From Narcine bancroftii (taxonomy: Eukaryota), in NCBI RefSeq assembly GCF_036971445.1, contig NC_091476.1:148676001-148740000 (forward strand): DNA of 64,000 bases, written 5' to 3'. Positions 27,201 to 38,200 of the stretch are shown one piece after another (position 1 is the stretch's first letter; every line of letters begins with the position of its first letter). Below the pieces are notes generated by a model. The model did not search any database. It saw only the letters and a program-made list of their open reading frames with translations, and had not been told where the DNA came from. The position numbers and the translations under genes were made by a program.

Positions 27201-30200
27201 CTCCTTTTTTTCTCCTACCTTTCCTCGGCTATATCAACTCCACGAGTTTTAGTTTCAGATGTATTTCCATTATTGGATTATATGTCTGAAGGAATACATC
27301 ACAAGATTTCCAGCATCTGATTTTTTATTTGGATATTTGATCATCTGGTGTTCACACCTGGACTGAACAGTGAGAATTGAGGCAAATAATGCAGCCAAGA
27401 TTGGCTGCTCCCTCACCCAATGTTCACAGGAAGTGGTAGAAATACGTGGCAGGGCATTCAGTATCCATAAAGCCAACATGAGATGGTTGGCATAGTCGTA
27501 AAGTCTGCAGACGCTGTGATTGTAGTTAAAAACACACACAAATGCTGGAGGAACTCAGCTGGTCTTGCAGAATCCATAGGAGATAAAGATATATTGCTGA
27601 CATTTTGAGCCTGAGCCCTTCTATACAGTTGTAACATGTACTCAATGCCCCGACCGATGAAGGCAAGCATACCAGACATCCCCATTCACCATCCTGTCTA
27701 TCTGTGTTGCCATTTCCATGGAACAAGGTACCTGCACTCCTAAGTCTCTCTGTTGCACAACACTCTCCAGAGTCTTACTATTCACAGGGTAAGTACTGCT
27801 TGTTTTAACCTACCGATGTATAATGGTGCATTTGTACAAATTAAGTTTAAATGGTGTTGGACATTTGCATCATACATTAAGGAGAAAGCAATATTTTTCC
27901 ATGATTTTTGTTTGGGAGTGACACAGTGGCTGCTCCATTGCACCAGCAACCCAGGCTCAATCCTAACCTCTGACATTGTCTGTGTGGTGTTTGCATAGTG
28001 TCCTTGTGACTGCATATATTTCCAAAGGGTGCTTCCACTTTCCTTCCACATTATAAAGAGATATGTGTTGTTAGATTAACAAGGCCGTATCATTTTTCCT
28101 TAATAATGTCTGGGGGGAGTTGTTGGTAATGTGGGGAGAATAGTTTAAAAGGAAACATTAGTGGATGACTGGGATTGATCTGAGAGCTAGGATAGAGTTG
28201 ATCACCTGAAATAGCTTCCTTCTTTTTAATAAGGAAATATGAAAAGAGCATAAAGAATTGGTTATGTATCTTTATCTTTGCTATATAAAGTACACTGTTT
28301 GACCAATTGAGTTTTTACTTCAACCATGGAATCTTCAAGCTTTTGTGTTTTACTACTGAAATATACAGGTGATTTTAAAATTGAAACCAGCTCAATTTCT
28401 CAGAATGCAGTTACTCTACAAGTTCTTTCAGTTATCTTTTAATTGTATTAAAATTTGTTGGAAATTATTTAGGAATTGTCCATTTGAATATAGGCAGTGC
28501 AACAAAAATATGGTGATCAAGTTTCATTTTAGATTGGTATGATGTGATGCTGCAAGAGGAGGCCACTCAACAGATTGAGTCCATGCTGGCTCCTAGGGAA
28601 ATAGGGGATGATTACTGTCAAAGATCTGCCTCTGGCTGATGCTTCATTGCAGAACAAATTCATAAACTGCGGCTATATATTAACATTAGACCTTCTATTG
28701 AATTTACCAAAGTAAATCAATGCTTAGAACTTATACTTTTAAATGCTCACACCATACATAATTACTGATTTTTAAAATGGTCAAGGTGCTGTTATTAGCC
28801 AGATTTTTTTCATCGAGGATTTCTCACCTATTTCTGCACCCTGTATAGTTTATTTTAGTATAGCAGTACAATGAGGCCCCTCTCCTCATGAGCCATTCTT
28901 GGAACTAGAACAGTAGGCATTTATTAGGACAGGGCTGGAACCAATGCCACCCTATTCCATTCAATATTTATGTTCATGTCATCTTCCAGCAGGAAATTAT
29001 TTTCTCCCAAACACACGGTAGCTGAATTAAGTATTTCCACCAGCTATAATTGGAGAACTCAGCAGTGGCCTGAAATGAACCCAATTAACAAGCACAAAAG
29101 TAATAGCAGCATTAAAACGTTAGTCTTTACTTCTCAATAGATTGCATAGTCTATTTTTCAAGCTGCTACATAGAATTCCTTATATTGGGCTGAACAATGT
29201 TTGATGACCAATTCCTGAGAAAAGTGAAACATTTTTCAACGGGAAATCTTCGAAGAATCAAGTTCAACTTTTCACTTCCAAACCTGCAGTATCAATTCCA
29301 ACTCCTCCATGAACTGAAAAGCAGTTGCAAGCTGGTGGCGAAGTACCAAGAACCATGGGACACAAACAATATTCAATCATCTGAGAACTTTATAGGAACC
29401 AGCCAATATTTAAATACAGATGCTTGCAATAGGCATTCACAAGAATTGGTCAGATGATACAATCCACTAGAGTGAAAGTGTACGATGAACTTTGGAACAC
29501 TGAATGTGTTCGTTGAAACCTAATATTTCACACTTTTTGATGTAAATAGTACACAGTTACAAGGCGAGTGCACCAACTGCTGCAAGTCAATTCCATTCCA
29601 TGATGAAGTGGTGGGTCTGCAAAGGTAATTCTGATTGGTATTTTCCCTCCCCAAGCTCATTAAACATCATTTTTGAGGGTGCAATAATTACTGAAATTGC
29701 AGAATGATGTATTTATTACGTATAGGGACGTGGAATTTCTCTGGTTTCATATCTGGTCAATGTCAAGTTCGGGCAACAATATTGGTGGCTATTTGGTTAC
29801 AATGCCTTCGGGTTATTTTGAATAGTAAATATAATGTTCCCAATTTTCCATGCATATCCCACATTAAATTGTTTCCTCCAATGAATGAATTATAAGCAAG
29901 TCTATCAAAAGTTAGCTTCAATTTCTCAGTCAGTTTACCGCATTATTATAATTGTATTGCTTTGTGGCTGTTGCCTTTCTCGTCTCGAGTTTAACTCTTT
30001 GTACTCCGGCCATTTTTAACCCTTCATAATATATCCTCCGGACTGGGTTCATGGAGAAACTACAGAACAAACACCAGAATGAACCAGCTGGTGGTAGGGT
30101 ATAAAACCAGTCCCGGAAAACAGGGTCACAGAGTATATGCGCTTGTTGGCGGACCTGGAAAACAGGGCCCAAAGGGCTAAATGCCAAGCCCCTTGAAGGA

Positions 30201-30531
30201 GTTGCTAAAGCCCAGCTGCCTTATTCGGCAAGTGACAGGAGGTCGAAGTTCCAATGAAGAGGCTGAACAAATAAATGTTACCTGCATGGAGATTGGAGAT
30301 AACACGAACTGCCAATATTCATCATCATTTCAGAATAATATTGAAATGCCACCGTGAATTGGACGATGTGAGTTCTCCAATAATTACTTTAAAATACTTT
30401 CTAATCAAAGTACATAAATGTATCTTACCAGCTGGAGTCTGTGGACCAGGTTTTACTTTAAGTTTAGGAGCTCCATTAACTTGAACCAGGATTAAGGTGG
30501 AGAGGAGAAGTGGAGTGAGAAGTCCCTTCAT
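6229..30531 (-). CDS. MATN1: Matrilin-1 (cartilage matrix protein), 8 coding exons, 1488 nt / 495 aa
   Basis: Exons 30429-30531, 26134-26477, 20992-21214, 19218-19340, 17575-17979, 15762-15911, 10255-10341 and 6229-6281 join in frame (103+344+223+123+405+150+87+53 nt). Domain order is signal peptide, vWA1 (DSSRS/GTMTG/TDGRPQD), a single EGF, vWA2 (DGSKS/GTMTG/TDGRSQD), then DPCAC + coiled coil. Two vWA with one EGF is diagnostic of matrilin-1. Adjacent to a LAPTM gene, as in MATN1-LAPTM5. Confidence 0.96.
7150..8670 (+). mobile_element. Penelope-like element 3' part (GIY-YIG remnant) carrying the expanded microsatellite
   Basis: [17 protein letters not shown]...PVATHFN...[12 protein letters not shown]; terminal ttgaagaa.ggctcaggccc...acctgctgagttcctcagca. 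Confidence 0.75.
7470..8400 (+). repeat. Compound microsatellite ((CT)n CCTTTCCTCTAGTT)n containing an assembly gap (N 7576-7781)
   Basis: 24-26 nt tandem units on both sides of 206 N. Confidence 0.97.
10255..10341 (-). CDS. MATN1: MATN1 exon 7 (CxC and start of coiled coil)
   Basis: ttcag|CT CCC CCT..., [29 protein letters not shown], followed by U12 donor |ATATCCTTTT. Confidence 0.95.
10592..10836 (+). mobile_element. V-SINE copy
   Basis: Same head/V-domain/tail as 5273-5515. Confidence 0.78.
11989..12105 (+). mobile_element. 5'-truncated RTE-clade LINE 3' end flanked by a 62-bp target duplication
   Basis: Encodes ..[15 protein letters not shown] (RTE C-terminal zinc finger), AAAG tail; flanks 11927-11988 and 12106-12167 are identical. 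Confidence 0.8.
12151..13165 (+). mobile_element. Solo LTR (~1015 bp) with 4-bp TSD CTAG
   Basis: CTAG|TGT...TAACA|CTAG; homologous to 41176-42052 in reverse orientation. Confidence 0.8.
14310..14630 (+). mobile_element. CR1 LINE 3' fragment
   Basis: [15 protein letters not shown]...FKAEIDSYL. Confidence 0.8.
14862..15090 (+). mobile_element. V-SINE copy
   Basis: Same family. Confidence 0.75.
15762..15911 (-). CDS. MATN1: MATN1 exon 6 (vWA2 C-terminal part)
   Basis: tttag|[33 protein letters not shown]...QVKIC, donor G|GTAAGG. Confidence 0.95.
16802..17480. mobile_element. Tigger/Tc1-mariner-like non-autonomous element (related copy ~25110-25932)
   Basis: TA-flanked imperfect TIRs; long homologous blocks shared with 25110-25932. 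Confidence 0.6.
17575..17979 (-). CDS. MATN1: MATN1 exon 5 (vWA2 N-terminal part)
   Basis: tgcag|CT TGC..., [23 protein letters not shown]...TDGRSQD...KDQ, donor G|GTAACA. Confidence 0.96.
18859..19043 (-). mobile_element. RTE-clade LINE 3' end (same family)
   Basis: Reverse strand encodes [28 protein letters not shown]; near-identical to 11989-12105; a third short copy lies at ~53372-53423. Confidence 0.8.
19218..19340 (-). CDS. MATN1: MATN1 exon 4 (EGF-like domain; missing from the ORF track)
   Basis: ttcag|TG GCA AAT..., [41 protein letters not shown], six Cys, donor A|GTAAGT, phase 1-1. Confidence 0.96.
20992..21214 (-). CDS. MATN1: MATN1 exon 3 (vWA1 C-terminal part)
   Basis: acaag|GTA GCC ATC..., [12 protein letters not shown]...KFKEAFC, donor G|GTGAGT. 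Confidence 0.95.
21681..24175 (+). mobile_element. Old, 3'-truncated Ty3/Gypsy element (CsRn1-like, tRNA-Trp PBS) in MATN1 intron 2
   Basis: PBS TGGTGACCCCCGACGTG at 21906; gag remnant [21 protein letters not shown]; [15 protein letters not shown]; [26 protein letters not shown]; RNase [19 protein letters not shown]; many stops and frameshifts; no integrase or 3' LTR seen; 5' boundary approximate. Confidence 0.88.
25110..25932. mobile_element. Tigger-like non-autonomous element, same family as 16802-17480
   Basis: Shared blocks (ggtatctggaattcaag, tttaaaattgtaaaa, ttattcttaat..aggtg.attagttaggcat). Confidence 0.6.
26134..26477 (-). CDS. MATN1: MATN1 exon 2 (vWA1 N-terminal part)
   Basis: tgcag|GT CTA TGC..., [22 protein letters not shown]...NGVNK, donor AAG|GTAAAT. 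Confidence 0.96.
30429..30531 (-). CDS. MATN1: MATN1 exon 1 (signal peptide [34 protein letters not shown])
   Basis: ATG at 30531; hydrophobic signal; donor G|GTAAGA, phase 1, matches exon 2. Confidence 0.88.
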
Positions 30532-31399
30532 CTTGTTGAGCGAGGCTGCAGTATGACAGGGAGTGGAGAGGAGGCTGCAGTATAACAGGGAGTAGCGCCG
30601 GTTCCAGGTATTAACATGCTACCCCTGGCAGAGGTTGGAACGCCGCCTGACACGTGGGAAATACATCAAAAGAGATCCAGGAAATGCGTTAAAATTTAAC
30701 CCTTTAGTCTAATCTAGTTCCCCGCAACGTATGAATAGGGAGCAATCGAGTCAGTAAAACGCATTGAAGGTCAGAAAAAATATCGGATTGACTGAGCGCA
30801 CGTCAGGTCTTCTGTCATTTGAAGTTGCAACTGTAATTTGATTAAAACAGATTTTGATAAAGATTTCTCAATGCGTTTGATTCATTTAGATAGTAGTTCC
30901 CCCCCCCCCTCCCCCTCCACCAGTTGCTCAAGGTTTTAATATTTTCTCATTGAGTCATCTCAAACAATTGTGTTGGGCTCTCTGTCTTCTCCTTCGCCGA
31001 TTAGCCAAGGTGCTCTGAGCGGCACAATTAAGCCGACACTCAATGTTCTGTTGATTTTATTCGTGCGGCAAAGAAATAACTTGGCTAAATCTATCTTGTC
31101 ACCAGGAATGCAAATTATATTGGGCTGAGGATAATACAGTTGTGTTTAGCGATTCTTGAGCGAACTGCAACTTTCCAGCACTGCCCTGGAAATGTCGATT
31201 CACCGAGGTTTAATTTACTCCACCCTGACTGACTTTTTGCAAGCTCGAAAGCGACTTTGCGTTTTCTTCCTTGGCATTTTTCATTTTCGACCATCTTTGA
31301 CCTCCGTTCACACCATTCCAATCGTTAAGAGCCGTTTCCAGACTTCGCCCACTTTAGGTGAACCAAATGCTTCTGCTCCGTGGCATACTTCCGATGGGG

Positions 31400-33028
31400 T
31401 GTTCTCCAAAGGTGCCGGGATAAAGGGAATACAACACTATTTACTACACCGAAGACTTCATTGAGCATCGGGGCACAAAATTCATACATCTGTTTATTCG
31501 CTAAAAAGGTTCCTCCTGCTTTTATTTTCTTTCATTGCTCAAAGGGAAGGTTAGAGGCTGCGAGGGAGGAAAGGATTAGGGGTTATCGTGCATTAATTCA
31601 TAAAGATTAGCAGAATATTGTGGGCCGAAGGGCCTGTACTGCAATGCAGAAAGAAAGAAACTATTGTTTATCCACCCCTCCAATAAACTACTGAATGCCC
31701 GGAGACTGGTTGATGTACGGATCCATGTGACCAAAAAATAACCACAAACTGTTTTAATAGTTTTAATAAGTGGCCCCTCTCCACTTTATTCGTTTAATAT
31801 TGACACTTGAAGATAAACAGCCAGCAAATAAAGCTTCGCCCCAACGTGTTTGTGTTTTAAGGATGTGCGTTATATAGTCCCACCCGATTTAATACACCCT
31901 CGCCGCTTATCTCTATATTCGTTTCCCGTCGCTGAACGTGTGTGGATTCTCATAGGAAACATTTAATCATTTCACGCAGTAGTTAGTGCCACGTTCACAC
32001 TAAAAAAAATGTTTCTCTTGAATTCTTGGCCCCCACCTCTGCACTAGCGGAAAAACTAAAGCCGCTCATTCATTCTTTCAGGACATTCGGCTCTCGCCTT
32101 TTGGAAGCAACACCGGACCCCTGGCTTTTCTAATAGGCAGAAACTAGATTCTCAGGCTCTGCAAACACTTTTTGCATCCTCTCCAGTGTTTCAATAACTG
32201 CATCAAGAGCCTGAAGGCGCTGGTCGAGATTTAAATATTTGACCTTTACCCCCCCCCACCCCCCACACACACACAAGCACAGAACACATACTTGCAAATG
32301 CAGTTTCAACAAATATTCCGTGAAAATTTTTACAAACCACCATGGCAAACAAAACACTGCTTTATACCTAGCATTTGGGGACTACTACTGATTAAGGCAG
32401 GAACAAACTCCTACTTAGTAAATATTTACATATTCTGGTGCTTTTACAAGAATTCACTTTACAACAGATCTTCATCTATGCAAAATGGTATACTGAAAAT
32501 GTCTTCTTAAATGATATGCTTTATGGTGTGGAAGAAAGTGGGTTCAGTACAGGTGCCTGAATTTCCTGTGTTTGCTGAGAGATGATTGATCAAACATTTC
32601 TGCACCTCTTATTTCTGAATGTTGATTTGGTAGAAGTATGCAAAGGTCATAGCAGCTTTTGATAGCAAATCCATCTCTGGAAAGAAACTAAGCATCTTGC
32701 TTTACTTCAGATGCCTCAAGAATGGGTGTCATTCTGATCGGTAAGCAGGGTCAGAACATATGCTCTAAAACTTCATGCAGCAGACACTCTCATCCCGTCT
32801 CACCTTTTGAGTCCTTGCAATTCCAACCCATGACAAGTGTCTGCTATTCCAACTCAGATTATGATAAAGAATAAAACCTCTTTGTTGACAGCATCAGATT
32901 GCTGGTTGGAACATAACCAGATTCTTAGCTCTTCATATGGCAGGCTCTAATAACCTAGGCTAATTTAAAAAAAAATCCAGATGTTCTCCAAAGGTGCCGG
33001 GATAAAGGGAATACAACACTATTTACTA
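31400..33028 (+). repeat. Exact 47-bp dispersed direct repeat (31400-31446 = 32982-33028)
   Basis: tgttctccaaaggtgccgggataaagggaatacaacactatttacta present twice. Confidence 0.92.
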
Positions 33029-35179
33029 AGATTTCATAAGATACATTATACAAACCCATTTCTCAGGTTGGTTTGGAATGCAGTGGGAAAACTAAGTCAT
33101 ATTTTTTAATGAAACTCTTCCACTTTTTAAACCGATTATACATCTCTTTATAGTCAAAGATTTATATAGCTAGTGGAACTATTTGTAAACACTGTGCTAT
33201 CTATTTTATTAAAAATGTGCCAATTTTGTCAAATGTCAGGTTTAAATTAGAACAACATTGCTATATCACATGGGCCAGAGTAGTTATACATACTTAAAAA
33301 ATTCAAGATTAAAATGATATTGAGCAAAATCCTAGAATTGGGAATTTTGCCTACAGATTCTCAAGACTATCTACCCATTTAAATAAATTTTTAAAATATT
33401 AAAGGCATTCAGACTATCAATATTGTATTTTCTTAGATATGTGACAAAGATTAAACAGCTTGTCAGATAATGCAATACCACTCAGATTATAGCTCCATTC
33501 AGATGGCAAAGAGGTGCCACCTTAAATTATACATTACATTTAATTTGTACAATTTTAATTTAAAAGGGCATATTTGAATCTTAAAAGTTTTAATAATTTC
33601 AATGCTATTTTTCTCTCAGGGTGTGGATTTTGAACAATTAAAATAAATGTAGCTAATGTTTTTAAATGGCCTATACCTTTGAAAAGTTGGAAATTTTATA
33701 AACAGACTGAACCACAGGTTACATACAACATGCATATTATATTAACAGACTGTGCTGGGTTATAAACAGGAACCAGCAAAATACTTTAGCTATCTCTCCA
33801 GAGCCTTAAAACGAATACGTGCACAATCAGAAAATTGAGATAGTTGTTGAAAATGTGTGAAGATTTCATAAATAACCCTTTTCAGTGAAGAGATATTTGT
33901 TTTTTTTTAAATCTGCTCCACATGAAACCCTAACTATGCTATTTTTCTTCTTTGAAGAGAGTGGTAGAATCAAGATGTATTTAAGTTTTCATTCAAAATA
34001 ATTAACAGAAAGGCATTATTTCCTCCATCTATTCAATCCACATTTACATGGAAATAAATCAGAGGTCACATTTAAGCAATCAACTCATATGGCCAAATTT
34101 GCCTTGTTGATCTAGGTAATAGTACAAATATTTGATAGTTAATTTTAATTTCAGTCACTCACACGTGAGCAGCTTTATTACATTGAATGAAAAAATTATA
34201 ATATTTCAGTTGTGCCTTTTCAGTTAAATAGGCAATTAGTATCTGCCCTGTATGAACTGCAGACAGGGTTCACTTGAAACTCTAGTAAACCAACAGATTT
34301 TATTTACAGTTGATGATTTTCAGTACCAGAGACAGACCAAACAGCTTGTGCTTTTTCCATTATTAAAAATAAAGCACATTAGTGCATGAGAAATTGATTG
34401 TTCAAACACTTCAAGAATGATTGAATTACCTCTAATTTTTTTTTTCTCCTCAACTGCAACATCCAAGCTGTAAGGATGCAATTGCTGTTTTATGTGTATC
34501 ATCTGATGATTGACACAGCATACTTTGGTGTCAATGAAGAACTTAAATGCATTTAACAGATAAACACGATAGGGAATAGGTAAATTTATTGGCTGAGAAA
34601 GATCCATGGGACACTATAGCTTAAAAAACCTTTAGTACATGAAAAGGGGGGACAATAGAAGGGTGGAGTTAATTATTTAAAATTTATTCCCATTGATCTG
34701 TTGATGACAAATTTTGGAATGGAGTTTATTATCAGTAACTGTAGTCAGCTGAGTATAACTTTACATTAATTTTGTTTCAGGATTTGTAGGCTGCACCTCC
34801 GTTTGATGGGTACTGTGTTAAACTATATAGAAAGCACCTGCATCTGTCAAGAATGGTGACCCAGTTCTTCATATAACTAGGTAGCTTTAACTCTTAGCAT
34901 TGAAATTTGCCATTTAATCACACAAGTATGATTTCTGATAGCTATTTCAGAAATGGATATTTAAACTGTATTTAGCCAAAAATGTCCACACTTTTGGGAC
35001 TACTATTTCAATTTACACAATACAAAATCCTCCAAAAAAAAAATCACAATGTATTAAACACATTCAATTGTATGTGGAATATTGCTTTTAAGGTTCAGGA
35101 TCTTATCTAGTACAATACTACATGCTGGCATTTACTGTAGGTACTGAACATGCAAATGTTAATGTCAGGGTACTGTAAA

Positions 35180-35296
35180 TTACATTGGTGTGCAGGAAGG
35201 TGGAAGCTCCATGAACGGCAAATCTTCTGGTGCTTTCATTACAGCTTCCTCATTTAAGGGCAACTTCATAGTTTCTATAAATGCTGGTGGCCAGAT
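35180..35296 (-). CDS. LAPTM5: LAPTM5 terminal coding exon (IWPPAFIETMKLPLNEEAVMKAPEDLPFMELPPSCTPM*)
   Basis: ttctcattcag acceptor; LPxxEEA...PPxx tail aligns with the LAPTM LPSYEEA...PPPY tail. Confidence 0.72.
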   Translation of the reverse strand: MWPPAFIETMKLPLNEEAVMKAPEDLPFMELPPSCTPM

Positions 35297-38200
35297 CTGA
35301 ATGAGAAATAACTGGTATTACTGATATTAGTAAGTAAAGCTAAAAAAAAGGGAGCATGCATCATTTTGGGTATGTTATGGGCACAAAATAATTAACTTTA
35401 CAAAGATTAAAACAACTCATAATCAATATAACAAAACCAAAGGAAGAATTTGTAAGCATGACATGAATTGATTTTACAGAACCACAAAGCAAATGTATTT
35501 CAAAAGGCACGAAAAGTAGTACGGCAGAATAAATCAAAAGACTGTTAGTGTATTACGATTGCATATCTACCCTGAAATTATATGCAGATTCATTTTTAAA
35601 ACACCTATAGATTATTTGGGTAATTTATAACTGTCTAAACTGTACTCACTATTGATTTTTCGGTTTACTTCCCTGCGAAGATGCCTCCTATTTGAAAAAC
35701 CCAGAAACAAAAAAAAACACAATTTATATATTCAAAACTGAAAATTCATAATAGATGTAGGGAAGTTTATTTTGATGTTCAACGAATCGAACAGGCATTT
35801 ATTATCTCCATTTGTTCTCACTGAAATTTCTCACCTCCTTTAGCTAACGAAATCAGCATATTAATTCAAAAGAGTTGTCTTGTCATTGACTTATTATTAT
35901 AATTGAAAACTTTGTAATTGTACTATCCAATGTGCAAGCAAAATACCATCAAATTTCTATTGTTGCTTCAGCTAAATGTAGCTAGAGCACATGTAGTTAA
36001 AGGGTGGTGGTAAATCTCCTTCAGATATATTTGTAGCAACTTTAAATTGCACATACAATAGATTTGATTACAATAATCCTGGCACTTGAGCAACACAGAG
36101 GTATCCAATTTATTTATTGTTTTATCTTCCAAGGGGAAGAGTTAAGAGAAGTACAGCATTCTAAATTTTTCATTGGTAATGTACCCATATGCATTTAAAC
36201 ACATCAGTTTAACCGTGAGTGTTACCACAATTTCAATACCCCTTCATATAATTATAGCCCAATGAAAGTTCAGATGTAATATGTCAACATGGTTCACAGC
36301 AAAATTCTTATTCTCAGTCTCTAGTAATATTGGGTATAGACCACATACTTTAAAAAAGCTCAAAACTTATGAAAGTTGTATAACAATGGATCATATCCAA
36401 ATAAATGAAGGAAGCATATTTAATATACTCATCTATTAAGTTCAACGAACCCGGGAACGAAGATCAAGGAGAGTGTTGACCAGACTGTTCTCCTGTTCCA
36501 ATTCCTTTATAAACTTGTAACAATTCCACAAAGCATTGATGAAGAAGCCCTAGAGTCCAAGATCAAAAGATGTAGGTCACAATACTTTTGATATTCATGC
36601 ACATCAGGACTTAAAGGTAGGATTTGAAAACATATTATCATTACAATCGAGATTGCCAAGCAGTAACTAAAATACACAGTGTGGGAGACAACAGTGCATT
36701 AAAGTTGTTGGTGGATTCCTTACACCAAACTTTGCAGAGGCAGTTAGACAATGAATAACATTTGTGGCTTTTGCGTAGTTAGGGCAGTACTTCATATTTT
36801 AAGTCTTTCCTTTGTTCTGTTCTTATTAGAGAGTGAAAGACCAATTTTCAATTTGAAGATGGGTTGCTTTGGAAAAAAAATCCATTGTATTTTCTCAGTG
36901 GAAACTATCTGTCAATTATCCCAGTGCTCTGTAAAACAGCAGTTTAAAAATTTGATTTACTGAAGAAATTGAGATACCAAAAAAAATTAAATCTTTTCAC
37001 TGATAATTGAAGTATTACGTTCAAACTGTAGTGGGATGATATTTGTTTTCAAGTATGATGAAAATAAATATTAAAACATGGCACATACACTCCATATCTT
37101 TGGTTAGGATGACCCTCCTGATTGTACAAGCATAAACTTTTATTAAACAGGGATAAGAATTAAACAAAGATAAGAATTAAATAGAGTTTCCATTTAAAAA
37201 AAAACAATGGTGTACATTTTAAATTTACCACAGCGGGGCAGCACAGCAGTGAAGCTAATGGAACTGCTGTCTTATCAATCCAGTGACTGGTACTCAAACC
37301 TGACCTTGGGTGCAGCGTGGAGAATGAACGCTCTCTTTGAGGTGGAGTTGTTTTTCCAAGGGGCTCTGGTTTTCTCCCACATCCCAAGAAGGTTAATTTG
37401 CCATTGTGAACTGAGCATATTGTGTAAGCGAGCAGTGGAATTTCAAGGAAAATTGATGGCACAGTAGAAAGAGGAGATTACAGGGAAAATTAGTGCGGGA
37501 ATGGGTTTGCTCTGCAACATGATACTAACTCAACAAGCCTAAATGGCCTCCTCTAATACGGTATGGAGTCATCCAAACATTTGAAGTATTTATAACATTG
37601 TTATTCTTCAAAATACCTTATAGATAAATCACATTGCAGAGGGGCTGTGCTCACACAAAAGCATCTCCATCTCTTTTTCAATATTTTTATTAACATTGAA
37701 ATTTTCATCCAAAATTTAAACATATGTTAAAAGTCAAGACAATACATTACTCTTACATCATATCATTTCATCCAAGTTACTCTACATTTTAATCAAACAG
37801 GTTATATTGTATTGATATTCTATTATTTTATTATAAAAAAGGAAAATCTAAACTCACTACCAAGACAGAAGCTATTTGGCCAAAAAAGAAAGACAGAATT
37901 CTTATTAGACTGATAAGTTACCTCATTAATTAACATAACAAATCAAAAATTATAAGATTAACTCAAAAAGGGTCCCCACAGTGTTTGAAAATTTGAATCC
38001 AAGTTCTCTAAAATTAAACGACATGGCGTCATGTAGCCATTGAGCACGATTAGGTGGGGTAACATCCCTCTATCTGAGCACACCGCCCCCACCTAGCCAT
38101 AAGAAAAATAAGAGCTAATACATGCAGCTCAGATTAAAGTTATGTCACTCTCATGTAGCGGTTAGTACAACATCTTTACAGTGCCAGGGATTGAGGCTGG

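Noticed and set aside
6229-30531. Alternative identity as MATN3, MATN4 or MATN2
   Set aside because: Two vWA domains and only one EGF exon were found; other matrilins have more EGFs or a single vWA.
30730-30975. SOX9-type sites (AGCAAT, AACAATTGT) in the MATN1 promoter
   Set aside because: Plausible from known matrilin-1 regulation, but short motifs without a clearly spaced inverted pair cannot be supported without conservation data.
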